Of a stretch of 64,000 bases of DNA, positions 44,013 through 54,784 are shown piece by piece. The DNA lies in contig SBGO01000716.1 in the NCBI GenBank assembly GCA_006226565.1, forward strand, positions 307 to 64,306, written 5' to 3'. The stretch's first letter is position 1. Each line of letters begins with the position of its first letter. The notes under the pieces are model-generated. The model had not been told where the DNA came from. It was given only the letters and a program-made list of their open reading frames with translations, and made no database searches. The translations under genes were made by a program, and so were the position numbers. Source of the DNA: Deltaproteobacteria bacterium (GTDB lineage Bacteria; Myxococcota_A; UBA9042; PHBI01).

Positions 44013-46510
44013 GCCAATCAGCAAGAGCACAAATGACGAAACACGCTGTTGGGTGGTCTCTTGCACTGTGCGCGCTCGTCGCTATCCCCAGCGTTGCTGA
44101 TGCTGCACCACCCGGACTCAGGTTCGGCGGCTATCTGGAGAGTTCCGCGGGGACACCGTACGGCGGTTCGGTGGATGTCGAGACGACACTCTTTGACGTC
44201 GAACTTGGTGGCGACGCGCTCTGGGGGCCCGTGGTTTTCTTGAACGTTCCCATCGACACGGGCCGCTTCGAGGTCGTGCTCGACGCCAGTACCCCGCTGG
44301 GTGACGCATTTGCGGGACTGGGAAGCGCGTACTTCGCCTTCCGAGTTCGTCCCGAGGGACAGGACTGGATTGCGTTGGAGGGCAGGCAACGCGCGGGTTC
44401 CGTTGGATTCGCGCACCAGGTGGCCGACTCCGAGCGACTCAGAGGCATCGACGGAGCGGAGTTCCTCTCGTCGTCCGAGCTGTCTGGGACCTACATCACG
44501 TTGACTGCGCTTGCACCCGTGGCGACGAGCGGCAGCTACGACGACCTCGCGAGTCGACCGAGCCTCACGGGCTATGCATTGACCAACAACCTCGCAGGCG
44601 TCTGCTTCTCCGGCTCCTACGACGACCTCGTGGACCAGCCGGACCTCGCCGTCTTCGTGACCTCCGATGCCCTCGCGACGGTGGCGACGAGCGGCGACTA
44701 CGGCGACATCTCGAGTCGACCCGACCTCTCCGTTTACGCGCTGACCGGCGACCTCGCGCTCGTCGCGACGAGCGGACAGTACGCGAATCTGCTCGGGAAG
44801 CCCGGTCTCAGCGCGCTCGCGCCGGTATCCTCGCTGGCCGCGGTGGCGATGACCGGGAGCTACTTCGACCTCCTGGGCGCACCCGACCCGGATGCGCTGG
44901 TCTGGCGTGATGGGAGCCGCGCGATGACCGGCGACCTCAACCTGGGCGGGCACGCGGTCCGGAACGTCGCGATCCATCCGAGCGCAGCGGCACCGACATC
45001 ACCTGTTGTCGGCCAGGGCTGGTTCGACACCACCTCGCGGACCCTGGAAGTCTACACCGACGGCGGCTGGAAGGCGCTGGAGGGGACAGCAAACCTCCCG
45101 AGCGACGGCCTCTCGACCGTGTCCAACGGCACGCTGAGCAACGTCTTCACCGACGGCGGCGTGAGCGGCGACGTCCCCCTCGACATTCCTGACAACTACC
45201 CGCCCGGCGTCGCTGCGAGCCTGACCATCGACGACAGCGGCACGCTCCGGTCCCTGTCCATCCACATCGCCATCACCCACCCCGATGCCACCGAGTTGAA
45301 GCTCGTCCTGACAGCGTCGGGCGGCCAGCAGTACACGCTCCACGACGGTGGCACCGGCACGAGCGGCGGTCTCGACGCCACCTGGCCTCCCGCTCCGGTC
45401 GTCGCCGGTGACCTCGGCGCGCTCGTGGGCACCTCGCCCACGGGCATGTGGACGTTGTCCGTCGCGGACTCCGTCTACTCTGGCGGCGCCCCCGGCGACA
45501 TCTCCGGCCAACTGACCGACTTCTCCATCACGTACGAGGTTCTGCGGTACGACGAGGTCGGCGTCACCGGCACGCTGACGGTCGGCGGCAAGGACGTCGC
45601 GGCGGAGCTTGCCGCCCTACGAGCAGAGGTCGAGCTACTCCGAGCCCGAGTTGCGCCATGTGGGCTCCTCCGATCCCCGTGCGCAACCGGATTCCGATGC
45701 ACCACACTCGGAACCTGCGTGAACGAGAGCGCGTCTGAAGCGTGGATTCCCGCAGGCGTGTTCTGGATGGGCTGCAACAGCGCCCAAGACGCCAACTGCG
45801 GATCAAACGAAGCACCTCAGAATGAAGTCGTGCTCACGTCTTTCGCGATCGACCGATTCGAGGTGAGCGCTGCAGACTACGCCGCGTGTGTGTCCGCCGG
45901 AGTATGCACTCAACCAGGAGGGGGCTCGGCAGCGACGTACGGGGTCGCGGGAAAAGAACAGCACCCTGTCAACCAGGTCACATGGGATAGGGCAGTCAGC
46001 TATTGCGCCTGGACCGGCAAACCCGCGGGTGCTCAGCGACTTTGTTCCGAGGCCGAGTGGGAGAAAGCTGCCCGCGGAGGGTGCGAAACGGCGTCCGGCG
46101 AATGCGCGCAGACCATGCGCGTGCACCCGTGGGATCGTGGGGACGAAACGCCCCCAACCGCGCCGGACTGTGATCTGGCGAACTTCGCGTCCGGCTCAAT
46201 CCCAGCCAGTTGCGAGCCCGATTCCTTCACGAGCGCGGTTGGCAGCCACCCCAGCGGCGCTTCGCCATATGGGGCCGAGGACATGCTCGGCAACGTGGCC
46301 GAGTGGGTCGCTGACTGGTACTCAGACTCCTACCCTGACACCGGCCCCCTCACGGATCCCATCGGGCCGACCACGGGCACACTGCGAGTAGTCCGAGGCG
46401 GAGATTTCCAGACGGCCCCCAACGCCCTCCGGTCTTCATCCCGGTTTGGATGGGATCCGGGTTCTCCTGCTGGCGACGTAGGCTTCCGCTGCTGTCGTAC
46501 CCTTCCCTGA
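44009..46510 (+). CDS. Paralog 2 of the tail-fibre-repeat/P-domain/FGE protein
   Basis: Same architecture as paralog 1. ATGA overlap with paralog 1. An alternative start is ATG 44033 (MTKHAVGW, signal-peptide-like). Confidence 0.75.
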   Translation: MSQSARAQMTKHAVGWSLALCALVAIPSVADAAPPGLRFGGYLESSAGTPYGGSVDVETTLFDVELGGDALWGPVVFLNVPIDTGRFEVVLDASTPLGDAFAGLGSAYFAFRVRPEGQDWIALEGRQRAGSVGFAHQVADSERLRGIDGAEFLSSSELSGTYITLTALAPVATSGSYDDLASRPSLTGYALTNNLAGVCFSGSYDDLVDQPDLAVFVTSDALATVATSGDYGDISSRPDLSVYALTGDLALVATSGQYANLLGKPGLSALAPVSSLAAVAMTGSYFDLLGAPDPDALVWRDGSRAMTGDLNLGGHAVRNVAIHPSAAAPTSPVVGQGWFDTTSRTLEVYTDGGWKALEGTANLPSDGLSTVSNGTLSNVFTDGGVSGDVPLDIPDNYPPGVAASLTIDDSGTLRSLSIHIAITHPDATELKLVLTASGGQQYTLHDGGTGTSGGLDATWPPAPVVAGDLGALVGTSPTGMWTLSVADSVYSGGAPGDISGQLTDFSITYEVLRYDEVGVTGTLTVGGKDVAAELAALRAEVELLRARVAPCGLLRSPCATGFRCTTLGTCVNESASEAWIPAGVFWMGCNSAQDANCGSNEAPQNEVVLTSFAIDRFEVSAADYAACVSAGVCTQPGGGSAATYGVAGKEQHPVNQVTWDRAVSYCAWTGKPAGAQRLCSEAEWEKAARGGCETASGECAQTMRVHPWDRGDETPPTAPDCDLANFASGSIPASCEPDSFTSAVGSHPSGASPYGAEDMLGNVAEWVADWYSDSYPDTGPLTDPIGPTTGTLRVVRGGDFQTAPNALRSSSRFGWDPGSPAGDVGFRCCRTLP

Positions 46511-46525
46511 ATCGTGGGTTGAAGC

Positions 46526-49135
46526 ATGTCCCGCTGGATCTCCCTTTTCCTGCTGCTCCTCTTCTCGCTCGCACCGAGCGCCGATGCGCGCGCCGTCCCT
46601 CCCGGAGTGCCCTACACCGGCCATCTCGTGGACGGCGGCGGTGCGCCATTTAGTGGCCTCACCGACGTCGAGGCAACCGCCTTTGCCACCGCCGATTCGG
46701 GGGCGCCGATCTGGGGCCCAATCGTATTCGCTGCCGTCACGGTGGAAGGAGGACGCTTCGAAGTGGTCCTCGACGCTGTCGATGCACCGCTCGCCGATGC
46801 GCTTCAAGGCCTCGACAGTGCGTACTTCGCGTTCCGTATCCGGCCCCAGGGCCAGGACTGGATCGCCCTGGAAGGCAGGCAGCGTCTGGGTTCTGTCGGG
46901 TTTGCGTATCAGGCTGACAACGCCGAGCGACTCGGCGGCGTAGACGCGGCGGACTTTCCGACCGCGGCCGAAATGGACGGGGTCTACGCGAAGGCGAGCG
47001 GCCTCGCCTCCGTCGCCGCAAGTGGCGACTACGCCGACCTGACCGGCCGGCCGAACCTGTCTGGCTATGCGCTCACGAACGACCTCGCGGGCGTGTGCTT
47101 CTCCGGCTCCTACGACGACCTCGTGGACCAGCCGAACCTCGCAGTCTTCGTGACGACAGACGCCCTCGCGATAGTGGCGACGAGCGGGAACTACAGTGAC
47201 CTAATCAACCGCCCGGACCTCTCCGTCTACGCACTGACTGCGGACGTTGCCATGGTCGCAACGACCGGTCAGTACACCGATCTCGCCGGCAAGCCCGACC
47301 TCAGCGTCTACGCGACGACGTCGTCGCTCGCCACGGTCGCGACCACAGGAGACTACCTCGACCTCATCGGCGCGCCCGACCCCAACGCCTTCGTCCAGCG
47401 TGACGGCAGCAAGGCGCTGATCGGCGACCTGGACCTCGACCGTCACGTAGTGCTCAACGCGGCGCTCCACCCGAGCCCGACCGCCCCGGCCAATCCGTCC
47501 ATCGGCCAGGGCTGGTTCGACACCGCGAAACAGAGCCTCATGGTCTACACCGACACCGGCTGGCAGCCCGTCGGCGGCCCCGTCGCGCTCCCGGATGACG
47601 GCCTCGCGGCTGTCTCCAACGGCGTCCTGACCAATGTGTTCACCTCCACGGTCGCGAGCGACACCCTCCCTCTGGACATCCCCGACAACTATCCGCCCGG
47701 CGTCGTGGCGAGCCTGACCATCGACGACAGCGGCACGCTCCGCTCCCTGTCGGTCCACGTCGCCATCACTCACCCGGACGCCTCCGAACTCCTGGTCGTA
47801 CTTACCGTGCCCGGCGGTCAGCAGTTCGCCCTCCACGACGGCGGTCTTGGAACGACCGGCGGCCTGGACGCCGTCTGGCCGCCGACGGGGCTTGTGACTG
47901 GGGACCTCGCGTCCCTTCGGGGGATTTCGCCGAGCGGAACGTGGACGGTCTCGGTCATCGATGGCGTGTACTCTGGCGGAGCCCCAGGGAGCGTGGTGGG
48001 AACGGTCGACGCGTTCGAAATGACCTACGACATCTTGCGGGACGGCGAAGCTGAGGTCGGTGGAACGCTGACGGTCGACGGGCGAGACGTCGGCACAGAG
48101 GTCGCCACGTTGCGCGCAGCGCTCGGCGAGCTTCGCCAACGAATAGACGAGTCCTGGTGCTCCGCGAACTGTGGCCCCTTGACCTTCGGGAACGGCTGCA
48201 CAGAGCCTCTGTGCGATGGCATCGGCCACAGCTGTGGCCCGGGCAACGCCAAGCTCGACTTTGCTCCGTGCTCGGAAGGAGCCTGTATCGCAGGCGAGTG
48301 CCTCCCTCCCTGTGGCCAACTTGGTGTCCCCTGCCCGTCAAGCTTCGCATGCACCCCGGATGGCAACTGCGAGAACCCCACCACCGGTGAGGTGCGCATA
48401 CCGGCCGGGACGTTCTGGATGGGCTGCAACAGTACGCTGGACGCGGAATGCAACAGCGACGAACTCGCCCAACACGAAGTGACCCTGCCGACCTACACGA
48501 TCGACCGTCAGGAGGTCACCGCAGCGGAATACAAGGTTTGCGTCGAGGCAGGAGCCTGCTCGCTGCCCTCTACGACGGGTGGCGACTACGGCAACTATGA
48601 CGTTGCGATCAGGCAGGGGCATCCGATCAACTTCGTCACCTGGAGCCAAGCGGCCGAATACTGCGCGTGGGACGGCAAGGCGCCTGCTACCCAGCGACTC
48701 TGCACGGAGGCTGAGTGGGAGCGGGCTGCCCGCGGCGGGTGCGAGACGATCGACGGAGACTGCAAAACGGGCATGCGCAAGTACCCGTGGGGTCAAGTAG
48801 ATCCGACCTGCGACTACTCCAACTTCAGAATAGACAATGGGGGCTACTACTGTGAGCCGGGGGGACGGACGGCTCATGTTGGGAGCCACCCCGCCGGTGA
48901 TTCGCCCTATGGTGTTCAAGACATGGCAGGCAATGTAGCGGAGTGGGTTGGCGACTGGTATTCGTCATCCTACGCAGCGGACCCCGTCACCGCTCCCTTG
49001 GGCCCGGCCACTGGCACCGCTCGTTTCGCGCGCGGTGGTGGTGGTGCGAGTTTCGCCAGCAGCTTACGCTGTTCTGCGCGTCCCACCGGAGTTGGAGCGC
49101 CGTGGATAGGGTTTCGGTGCTGCAGATCTTGGTAG
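46526..49135 (+). CDS. Paralog 3 of the tail-fibre-repeat/P-domain/FGE protein
   Basis: Signal peptide MSRWISLFLLLLFSLAPSADA. Same repeats, P-domain and FGE motifs. Confidence 0.75.
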   Translation: MSRWISLFLLLLFSLAPSADARAVPPGVPYTGHLVDGGGAPFSGLTDVEATAFATADSGAPIWGPIVFAAVTVEGGRFEVVLDAVDAPLADALQGLDSAYFAFRIRPQGQDWIALEGRQRLGSVGFAYQADNAERLGGVDAADFPTAAEMDGVYAKASGLASVAASGDYADLTGRPNLSGYALTNDLAGVCFSGSYDDLVDQPNLAVFVTTDALAIVATSGNYSDLINRPDLSVYALTADVAMVATTGQYTDLAGKPDLSVYATTSSLATVATTGDYLDLIGAPDPNAFVQRDGSKALIGDLDLDRHVVLNAALHPSPTAPANPSIGQGWFDTAKQSLMVYTDTGWQPVGGPVALPDDGLAAVSNGVLTNVFTSTVASDTLPLDIPDNYPPGVVASLTIDDSGTLRSLSVHVAITHPDASELLVVLTVPGGQQFALHDGGLGTTGGLDAVWPPTGLVTGDLASLRGISPSGTWTVSVIDGVYSGGAPGSVVGTVDAFEMTYDILRDGEAEVGGTLTVDGRDVGTEVATLRAALGELRQRIDESWCSANCGPLTFGNGCTEPLCDGIGHSCGPGNAKLDFAPCSEGACIAGECLPPCGQLGVPCPSSFACTPDGNCENPTTGEVRIPAGTFWMGCNSTLDAECNSDELAQHEVTLPTYTIDRQEVTAAEYKVCVEAGACSLPSTTGGDYGNYDVAIRQGHPINFVTWSQAAEYCAWDGKAPATQRLCTEAEWERAARGGCETIDGDCKTGMRKYPWGQVDPTCDYSNFRIDNGGYYCEPGGRTAHVGSHPAGDSPYGVQDMAGNVAEWVGDWYSSSYAADPVTAPLGPATGTARFARGGGGASFASSLRCSARPTGVGAPWIGFRCCRSW

Positions 49136-49187
49136 CTTCAAATTCAGCCGCGAGGGAAATCCGAATAGGGCTATGTGGTCACCACGG

Positions 49188-50648
49188 TCACCGCTTCTTT
49201 GATCGCTTCGCGACGATCGCCGCGTTGTCGTTGAGTCGCGCCACGAGCTGCCCGGTCGTTGCCTTGCTCACAGAGGTCACGCCGGCAGCGGCCAGCGCCT
49301 CGGTGATCTCTCGCGCCCGCACCGGGCGGTTCTCCGCGTAGGCTGACGCGGCGAGGTCCGCCAGCGCCTCCGCGACGGATTCCGCGTAGTTCCCCGGGAG
49401 CTCGGAGAGAACCGAAGACGCTTTGGTCTTGAAGTGCGTGAAGAGGCCCGGGTCGGCGCGAAGCCGATCTCCGCGATGGTTGACGGCCCACTTGCCGAGC
49501 CGCGAGCGCCGCGGCGCGTTGGCGTCGACCGCCCCGGACATCATGCCGCCCGCGAGCGACGTCAGGATCTTCGTTCCGAACCGCTGCTGCGCAGCGGCGA
49601 ACTCCGCGCCTGGGTCGGCCTTCCACCGCTCCTTCGCTGCCGGGTCGAAGGCCCAGGCGTCGACCTCCTCGACCAGAGCCCTGAGCGTACCGATGACCTC
49701 GGCCTTCGCTCCCTCTTTCAGGGCCAGCTCGGCTGCGCGAAGGAGCCAGCTCTTCGAGGTCTTCGCGATCGCACCCGGGCTCAGGTGAGCGAGCTTGTTC
49801 ACACTAGGGCTCGCCCCGAGCAGCGCGAAGCCGCCCTCGATGAGCCCCTTTCGGAAGCCCTCGGCGCCCCCGGCGGCGACCTTCTTCCAGTCGACCTTGC
49901 CGTCGGACACCAGCTCTCCGAGCACGGTGCCTCCTGCCTGAACAGCCCCGGCAGCCGTGCCGGCAGCCAACGTCCCCGCGATCGCACCGCCCGCCGTGCC
50001 AAGGACCGGCGCCGCGATGGCCGCGACCGCTGGGGCGGTGAGGATCGCCAGCTCGGCGATGGCGATGTCACGGACGACGGTCGCGACGGCCTCGGCGGTA
50101 GCGAGGTTGTCCGCACGGTGGCCGAGGTAGTCGCTGAACTCCTTCCGGAACCCCTGTCCGAACTCGATGCCCTTCTGGAGCGCGCGCAGCCCCTCGGGGA
50201 TCTTCCCTGCGGCGAGCAGGTGGTTCGCCTTCGTCAGGAGGGTGAACACGTTGTTCCACCGGGAGGCCTCCGGCGCCTTGCGCGCGAACAGCGTCCCGGA
50301 CTTGTACGCGAGCTCGTCCTGGTAGGAGCTTGAGAACCCCTGGAGGACGTGCGCCAGCAGCCGCAGGTTGCGGTCACGGATGCCCTCGAGCTTCGTTGCC
50401 TCCGAAGCCGGGTCCTTGCCTGACGCGGCTGGCTTCGCAGCATTCGCATTCCCCTGCCCTGCCGCCCCGCTCGCCGGCTTCCTCGACTGGTTGGGCTGCA
50501 GGTGCTCGGAAGCCTCGGCATACGTCATCGCACGCAGCTCCGGTCGCACCGGCCCGGCCATCGACTGTTGCGGCGGGACACACATGGGCGCGGAGCTCGT
50601 CTTGCGCTTGAGGATTGACGCGGGATCAAAGAAGGAGCTCATGTTCAC
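49188..50648 (-). CDS. Hypothetical protein with a central Gly/Ala-rich hydrophobic (glycine-zipper-like) segment
   Basis: No recognisable catalytic motif. Hydrophobic stretch AIAELAILTAPAVAAIAAPVLGTAGGAIAGTLAAGTAAGAV. Confidence 0.4.
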   Translation of the reverse strand: MNMSSFFDPASILKRKTSSAPMCVPPQQSMAGPVRPELRAMTYAEASEHLQPNQSRKPASGAAGQGNANAAKPAASGKDPASEATKLEGIRDRNLRLLAHVLQGFSSSYQDELAYKSGTLFARKAPEASRWNNVFTLLTKANHLLAAGKIPEGLRALQKGIEFGQGFRKEFSDYLGHRADNLATAEAVATVVRDIAIAELAILTAPAVAAIAAPVLGTAGGAIAGTLAAGTAAGAVQAGGTVLGELVSDGKVDWKKVAAGGAEGFRKGLIEGGFALLGASPSVNKLAHLSPGAIAKTSKSWLLRAAELALKEGAKAEVIGTLRALVEEVDAWAFDPAAKERWKADPGAEFAAAQQRFGTKILTSLAGGMMSGAVDANAPRRSRLGKWAVNHRGDRLRADPGLFTHFKTKASSVLSELPGNYAESVAEALADLAASAYAENRPVRAREITEALAAAGVTSVSKATTGQLVARLNDNAAIVAKRSKKR

Positions 50649-50703
50649 CTCGCGGCGCCCGGGGCCAGGCCACTCCGCAACATAGCCCGACTCCGCGACG
50701 ATG

Positions 50704-51312
50704 TTAAGGGGCGCGCCGCTGTCTCGGTGAGGCCACGTTCGGGAGGCGCTCGCCTCCTACGATCCACGGAAGCAGCCTGGCGATGTTCCTCGCGTCGTCA
50801 AGTGCGCGATGGTGAGCGCCCTCGAGCTCAAGGCCGACGAGGCGAAGCGCCTTCGCCATGCCGTAGCGCTTGCGACGGCCCTGCGCGGCGGAGAACACGT
50901 TCTTCAGGTTCATGTGCTCCAGCATCGGGTAGTCGACGCCGTGGAAGGCACAGTCCCGCCGGAGCTGCGTGTCGTCGAAGAGCCCCCACGAGCCCCAGAC
51001 CACGCCCCACCGCCCGACGAGCATCGCCTGGCGAAGCGACTCCATCGCCTCGGGGAACGCGGGGGCGTCGGCGAGCATCTCCTGCGAGATGCCCGTCAGC
51101 TCGGTGCAGAACGCTGTCAACGTCGGGTGTCGGACCGGCCGCACGAAGGTCTGGAACTCGGCCTCGGTCGTGAGCGTGCTCGCGCGAACGAGCACGGCGC
51201 CGATCTCGATCGTCTCCATCTCGTCGCGCGGCAGGCTCCCGTCGTCGCTCGTCGTCGCCTCGAGATCGATGACCAGGTAGTGCTTGACCTCACGCAGCTC
51301 GGGGCCGGTCAC
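50704..51312 (-). CDS. DEDDh-type 3'-5' exonuclease (DnaQ-like)
   Basis: Exo I motif [10 protein letters not shown] and Exo III motif [15 protein letters not shown]. The GTG start at 51312 overlaps the upstream ORF stop as GTGA. The long Arg/Gly-rich N-terminal extension in the ORF track is rejected. Confidence 0.65.
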   Translation of the reverse strand: MTGPELREVKHYLVIDLEATTSDDGSLPRDEMETIEIGAVLVRASTLTTEAEFQTFVRPVRHPTLTAFCTELTGISQEMLADAPAFPEAMESLRQAMLVGRWGVVWGSWGLFDDTQLRRDCAFHGVDYPMLEHMNLKNVFSAAQGRRKRYGMAKALRLVGLELEGAHHRALDDARNIARLLPWIVGGERLPNVASPRQRRAP

Positions 51313-51560
51313 AGCTTCTCCGCCAGCCCCGACGCGAGCATCGCGCGGACGAAGGACGCGGCCTTCTCGTCGTCCGTCGCCCCGTCGACCTCGAGGTCGA
51401 CGTCGTTCATCCGCCCTGCCTGGTCCACCGCCCAGTCGATGTACTCCGACAGCGTGCGCCGCTCCTGGCCGAACGCCAGGGCGTGCATCGACTCCGCGAT
51501 CTGCTTCGCCGTCCCCTCGAGCACCCGACCGTCCGCCGTCATCCGAATCCTCATCGCCAC
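51309..51560 (-). CDS. Hypothetical small protein
   Basis: Coding-like composition. Translationally coupled to both flanking genes. Confidence 0.35.
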   Translation of the reverse strand: MAMRIRMTADGRVLEGTAKQIAESMHALAFGQERRTLSEYIDWAVDQAGRMNDVDLEVDGATDDEKAASFVRAMLASGLAEKL

Positions 51561-52009
51561 ACCTCCGTCCTGTCACCGTGGTCCAACCAGTCACCGCTCG
51601 CGATGCGCGGCCGCCCGCGCACCTGCGCCGCCGACAGCAAGTAGGCCTGGACCTCCTCGCCGTCCTCGAGCCGGATCGGCCGCCGCTCGTAGAAGCCCGG
51701 GTGCCCCTCGAGGCGGTCGAGCGCCGCGAGCGTCCTCGGCCCGACCTCATAGACCTCCCCGATCACCGCCGTCGCGCCGCCCGGCACCATCGCCGGGAAC
51801 GCGCCCAAGCTCACGAGCTCGAACACGGCCTCGCTCCGCGCGCGCCCTCCAGCGCCAGCCGGAGATCGACCGGGTCGAAGCCCCTCGAACAGCTCCCCAA
51901 AGTAAGACAGCGTTGGCGGCGCAGCGTCCGCCCCCGCCTTCACAGATACGTAGGCGGGTGACGCCGACTGCCGTCGGAAGCCGCCGAAAAGCGCCAGCGA
52001 CCGCCACAA
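51551..52009 (-). CDS. Gamma-glutamyl cyclotransferase-like (AIG2/GGCT fold) protein
   Basis: ...[21 protein letters not shown]...[31 protein letters not shown] resembles the GGCT/BtrG core. The start is uncertain. Confidence 0.55.
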   Translation of the reverse strand: MWRSLALFGGFRRQSASPAYVSVKAGADAAPPTLSYFGELFEGLRPGRSPAGAGGRARSEAVFELVSLGAFPAMVPGGATAVIGEVYEVGPRTLAALDRLEGHPGFYERRPIRLEDGEEVQAYLLSAAQVRGRPRIASGDWLDHGDRTEVWR

Positions 52010-52042
52010 CGAGCCGGCGCTTCGCGTCCTCGCTCGCGCCCA

Positions 52043-52483
52043 TCAGGCGCCGCGCACGCTCGCTGCGGCGTCCTCCTCACCGAGGCCGGTCAGATACGCC
52101 GCGAGCGCCTGCCGGAACAGGTCCATCCGACTCTTGAGTCCGTGCCGACGCCAGACCTCGTCAAGCGCCGCCACCGTGTCGGTCGGCAGCCGGAGGGGCA
52201 GCACCTTGTGCTCGACCGCCGCCTCACCGGACGCGCGGCGACCGACTGGCCCGACCGGCACCCGCCCGCGGCGGGCCTCGCGGATCTTCCAGACCAAGTA
52301 GCGGGCGTTGCTGGACCTGGTGGGGCGCCCGACCTCCGCGAGGTAGCGGGCCTGCAGCTCCTCGACCGAGAGCTTCGTCAGCGGGGCGGCGGTGCCGGCC
52401 TCGGCGTCGAGGACGGAGGAAGCCGGGGCGGGCTGGCCGGTGGTGTCGGCGTGGTCGGAATGGCCTGGGACGGCCAGGGTCAT
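52043..52483 (-). CDS. Protein with a DUF2924-like N-terminal segment and a C-terminal ribbon-helix-helix-like region
   Basis: [33 protein letters not shown] resembles the DUF2924 N-terminus (compare [31 protein letters not shown] at 63138+). The C-terminus [39 protein letters not shown] is RHH-like. Confidence 0.45.
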   Translation of the reverse strand: MTLAVPGHSDHADTTGQPAPASSVLDAEAGTAAPLTKLSVEELQARYLAEVGRPTRSSNARYLVWKIREARRGRVPVGPVGRRASGEAAVEHKVLPLRLPTDTVAALDEVWRRHGLKSRMDLFRQALAAYLTGLGEEDAAASVRGA

Positions 52484-52506
52484 CGTGGGTCTCCTGGATG
52501 GTGGTT

Positions 52507-52785
52507 TCAGCGAAGGGCGGCGAAGCAGGCGAGGTCGATGGCCCGCGGGTCACTCGTGACGAAGCTGAAGCGGCCCTCGCGCTCGAGCCAGGGCTGGACC
52601 TCGACGCGGTCGTCGGCGGTGACGCCGCCCGCGCGTGCGAGATCCTCGTCGTCATCGAGGTGCTGGCAGTCGTCGGGGTCGGCGGTGCGCTTGAGGACTG
52701 CGACGATGCGGACCTTGTAGCCGCGAAGGTAGCGGTGCTCGTCGCCGTGGTAGGTAGTGGTCGTGCCGATGACGCCTGCTGGCAT
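52507..52785 (-). CDS. Hypothetical small protein
   Basis: ORF with coding-like composition. No motif. Confidence 0.3.
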   Translation of the reverse strand: MPAGVIGTTTTYHGDEHRYLRGYKVRIVAVLKRTADPDDCQHLDDDEDLARAGGVTADDRVEVQPWLEREGRFSFVTSDPRAIDLACFAALR

Positions 52786-52900
52786 GGTGTCCCTCGTGGT
52801 GCCCGTTGCGAGGTCACGTTCGCTCTTGTGATCGGCGGGCAGCAAGCTGTGCTTGCGGTAATTGTGTATTAAAACAAGGTGTTGTGGTGGGGCGTGGCCG

Positions 52901-54784
52901 TCACCGGAGCCGCCGCGTGCGGAAGTCGAACCCTCGCGCGGGCACCCTTGTGCGAGCTGGCTCGTGCGGCGCCTCGGGCTCGATTGGCGACAGGCGCATC
53001 CCCATCGCGAGCAGGGACTTGAGCGCCGCCGTCGCGTAGACCCTGCAGTCGAGCGCCTCGTTGCGCCGGTTGTTCGGCTTCCACCAGAAGTGCACGGCGC
53101 GGCCGTTGCGGTAGCGGGTGCGGAGACGTTCGGCCGTCAGCTGCGCGAAGTAGACGTCATCGTTGTGCGGCGTGCTGAAGTGGCAGTAGCCCGGCCCCGC
53201 CTCCTCGACCTGGAGCCGCGCGTTGAGGAGCTCTTTCGCGGTGTCGACCCCGACGGCATAGACATCGAACTTGCCGTTCATCGGCCGCCCGGGACGGTTG
53301 TTCCAGATCGGGTGCGGCGAGTGCGCGGTGTTCGGGACACCCTTCGTGGCCCAGACCCGCCGCTGCCTGCGCTCGCGCGTGAACTCGCACACGCGCTGAG
53401 TCATGAACCCAGCGTCGACACACGTCGCCATGACGCTCACACCCTCCGGCACGTTGGGATGCGGGCGCCGCTCGAGCAGAAGCGCGTCGAGCAGCTGCCA
53501 GACCTCTTGCCCGCCCGGGTCGCCCGCGATCACGCGGTAGTCGAGCGACCACGACTCCTCGTCCACGCCCCAGCCGACGATCTCGACCTCGAGTCGGTCG
53601 CCCTGGACGTCGACGCCTGCCGTGACGAGGCAGACGCCAGCGGGGCAGGTCTTGCCGTAGTCCTCTACACGCCATGCGAGCGAGCTCGGGTCGAGGCTGT
53701 GTCCATCGGCCAGGTCCCAGGTCTCCGCGAGGTCAGTGTTCACGAGCACCCGCTGGAGCGCGGTGTCCTTTGTCCGCGTGGCCTTGACCCAGTCCGCCGC
53801 GATGTCGCCCCAACTCCGCCAGCCGTGCGGGCGGTACAGACCCGAGATGACGTAGCCGGTCACCTTCGGGTTGTTGCTCTCGGTCGTCGGCCGCCACTCA
53901 CCACGCTGCAGCATCCAGTCCTTCTCGTGCTGCTCGATGACGCCCTCGCAGTGTGGGCAGACGTAGGCCGCATCATGCGGCTCGCGGCCGAGCTCGCTCC
54001 ACACGACGTGCTCCCACTCGAGCGTCTGCATCGCCTCGCAGCGCGGACACGGGACGAAGTACTTCCGCTGGTCGGTCGGCGAGAAGCCGAGCTGCTGCTG
54101 CTCGGGCGTCCCGACGAACTCCGCCTCGATGCGCGACGCCCCGCGGACTGTCGGCGTCGAGAAGATCAGGACCTTCCGGTTCGAGAACGTCGCGGTGCGC
54201 TTCAGCGCGAGCGCGACCGGGTCGCCCTCGCCATCAACGTCGGCCGGGTATCCGTCGACCTCGTCGAGCACGAGCCGGCGGATGGCCTTCGACCGCAGCT
54301 CCGCCGCGCTGTTGGCGCCCGTTATGACGAGGAAGCCACCCGGGAACTGCTTGCGCGTCGTCGTCGTGCCGCCACGTCGCGACGTCTGGTCGCCGACGAG
54401 CTCCCGCAGAGCGGGCGTCCCGGAGCAGAGCGGGTTGATGCGGTCCCGGGCGTAGTCGCGCGCCGTGGACCAGGTCGGCTGGACCAGCAGGGCAGGGCCG
54501 GGGTCGAGGTGGATGGCGTGTCCCATCCAGTTCTCCGCGACCGAGGTCAGCCCGAGCTGCGCGCCCTTCATGATCACGACGACCTCGCACGGGTCCTGTG
54601 GCGAGAGCCGGTCCATGATCTCGCGGAGGTACGGCGTCCGTTCGGTGCGCCACGGCCCGGGCTCGGCGGACGTCGTCGGAAGCAGGCGGTGCTTGTCCGC
54701 CCAAGCGCTGACGGTCATGTCCGACGGCGGCATCAGGCCGGCCGCGTATGCCTTCAGACACTCCGCGAGCGGGTCACTGGGCAT
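52901..54784 (-). CDS. Phage terminase large subunit, lambda GpA family
   Basis: N-terminal ATPase region [19 protein letters not shown]...[24 protein letters not shown] and the GpA-type C-terminal nuclease region. Start chosen at ATG 54784, because the upstream part of the ORF is Ser/Arg/Pro-rich. Confidence 0.8.
   Translation of the reverse strand: MPSDPLAECLKAYAAGLMPPSDMTVSAWADKHRLLPTTSAEPGPWRTERTPYLREIMDRLSPQDPCEVVVIMKGAQLGLTSVAENWMGHAIHLDPGPALLVQPTWSTARDYARDRINPLCSGTPALRELVGDQTSRRGGTTTTRKQFPGGFLVITGANSAAELRSKAIRRLVLDEVDGYPADVDGEGDPVALALKRTATFSNRKVLIFSTPTVRGASRIEAEFVGTPEQQQLGFSPTDQRKYFVPCPRCEAMQTLEWEHVVWSELGREPHDAAYVCPHCEGVIEQHEKDWMLQRGEWRPTTESNNPKVTGYVISGLYRPHGWRSWGDIAADWVKATRTKDTALQRVLVNTDLAETWDLADGHSLDPSSLAWRVEDYGKTCPAGVCLVTAGVDVQGDRLEVEIVGWGVDEESWSLDYRVIAGDPGGQEVWQLLDALLLERRPHPNVPEGVSVMATCVDAGFMTQRVCEFTRERRQRRVWATKGVPNTAHSPHPIWNNRPGRPMNGKFDVYAVGVDTAKELLNARLQVEEAGPGYCHFSTPHNDDVYFAQLTAERLRTRYRNGRAVHFWWKPNNRRNEALDCRVYATAALKSLLAMGMRLSPIEPEAPHEPARTRVPARGFDFRTRRLR

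Noticed and set aside
52043-52483. Calling this a complete DUF2924 protein
   Set aside because: Only the N-terminal third resembles DUF2924, and the conserved C-terminal WNG...FFGL block is absent. It is annotated instead as a DUF2924-like N-terminal segment plus RHH.
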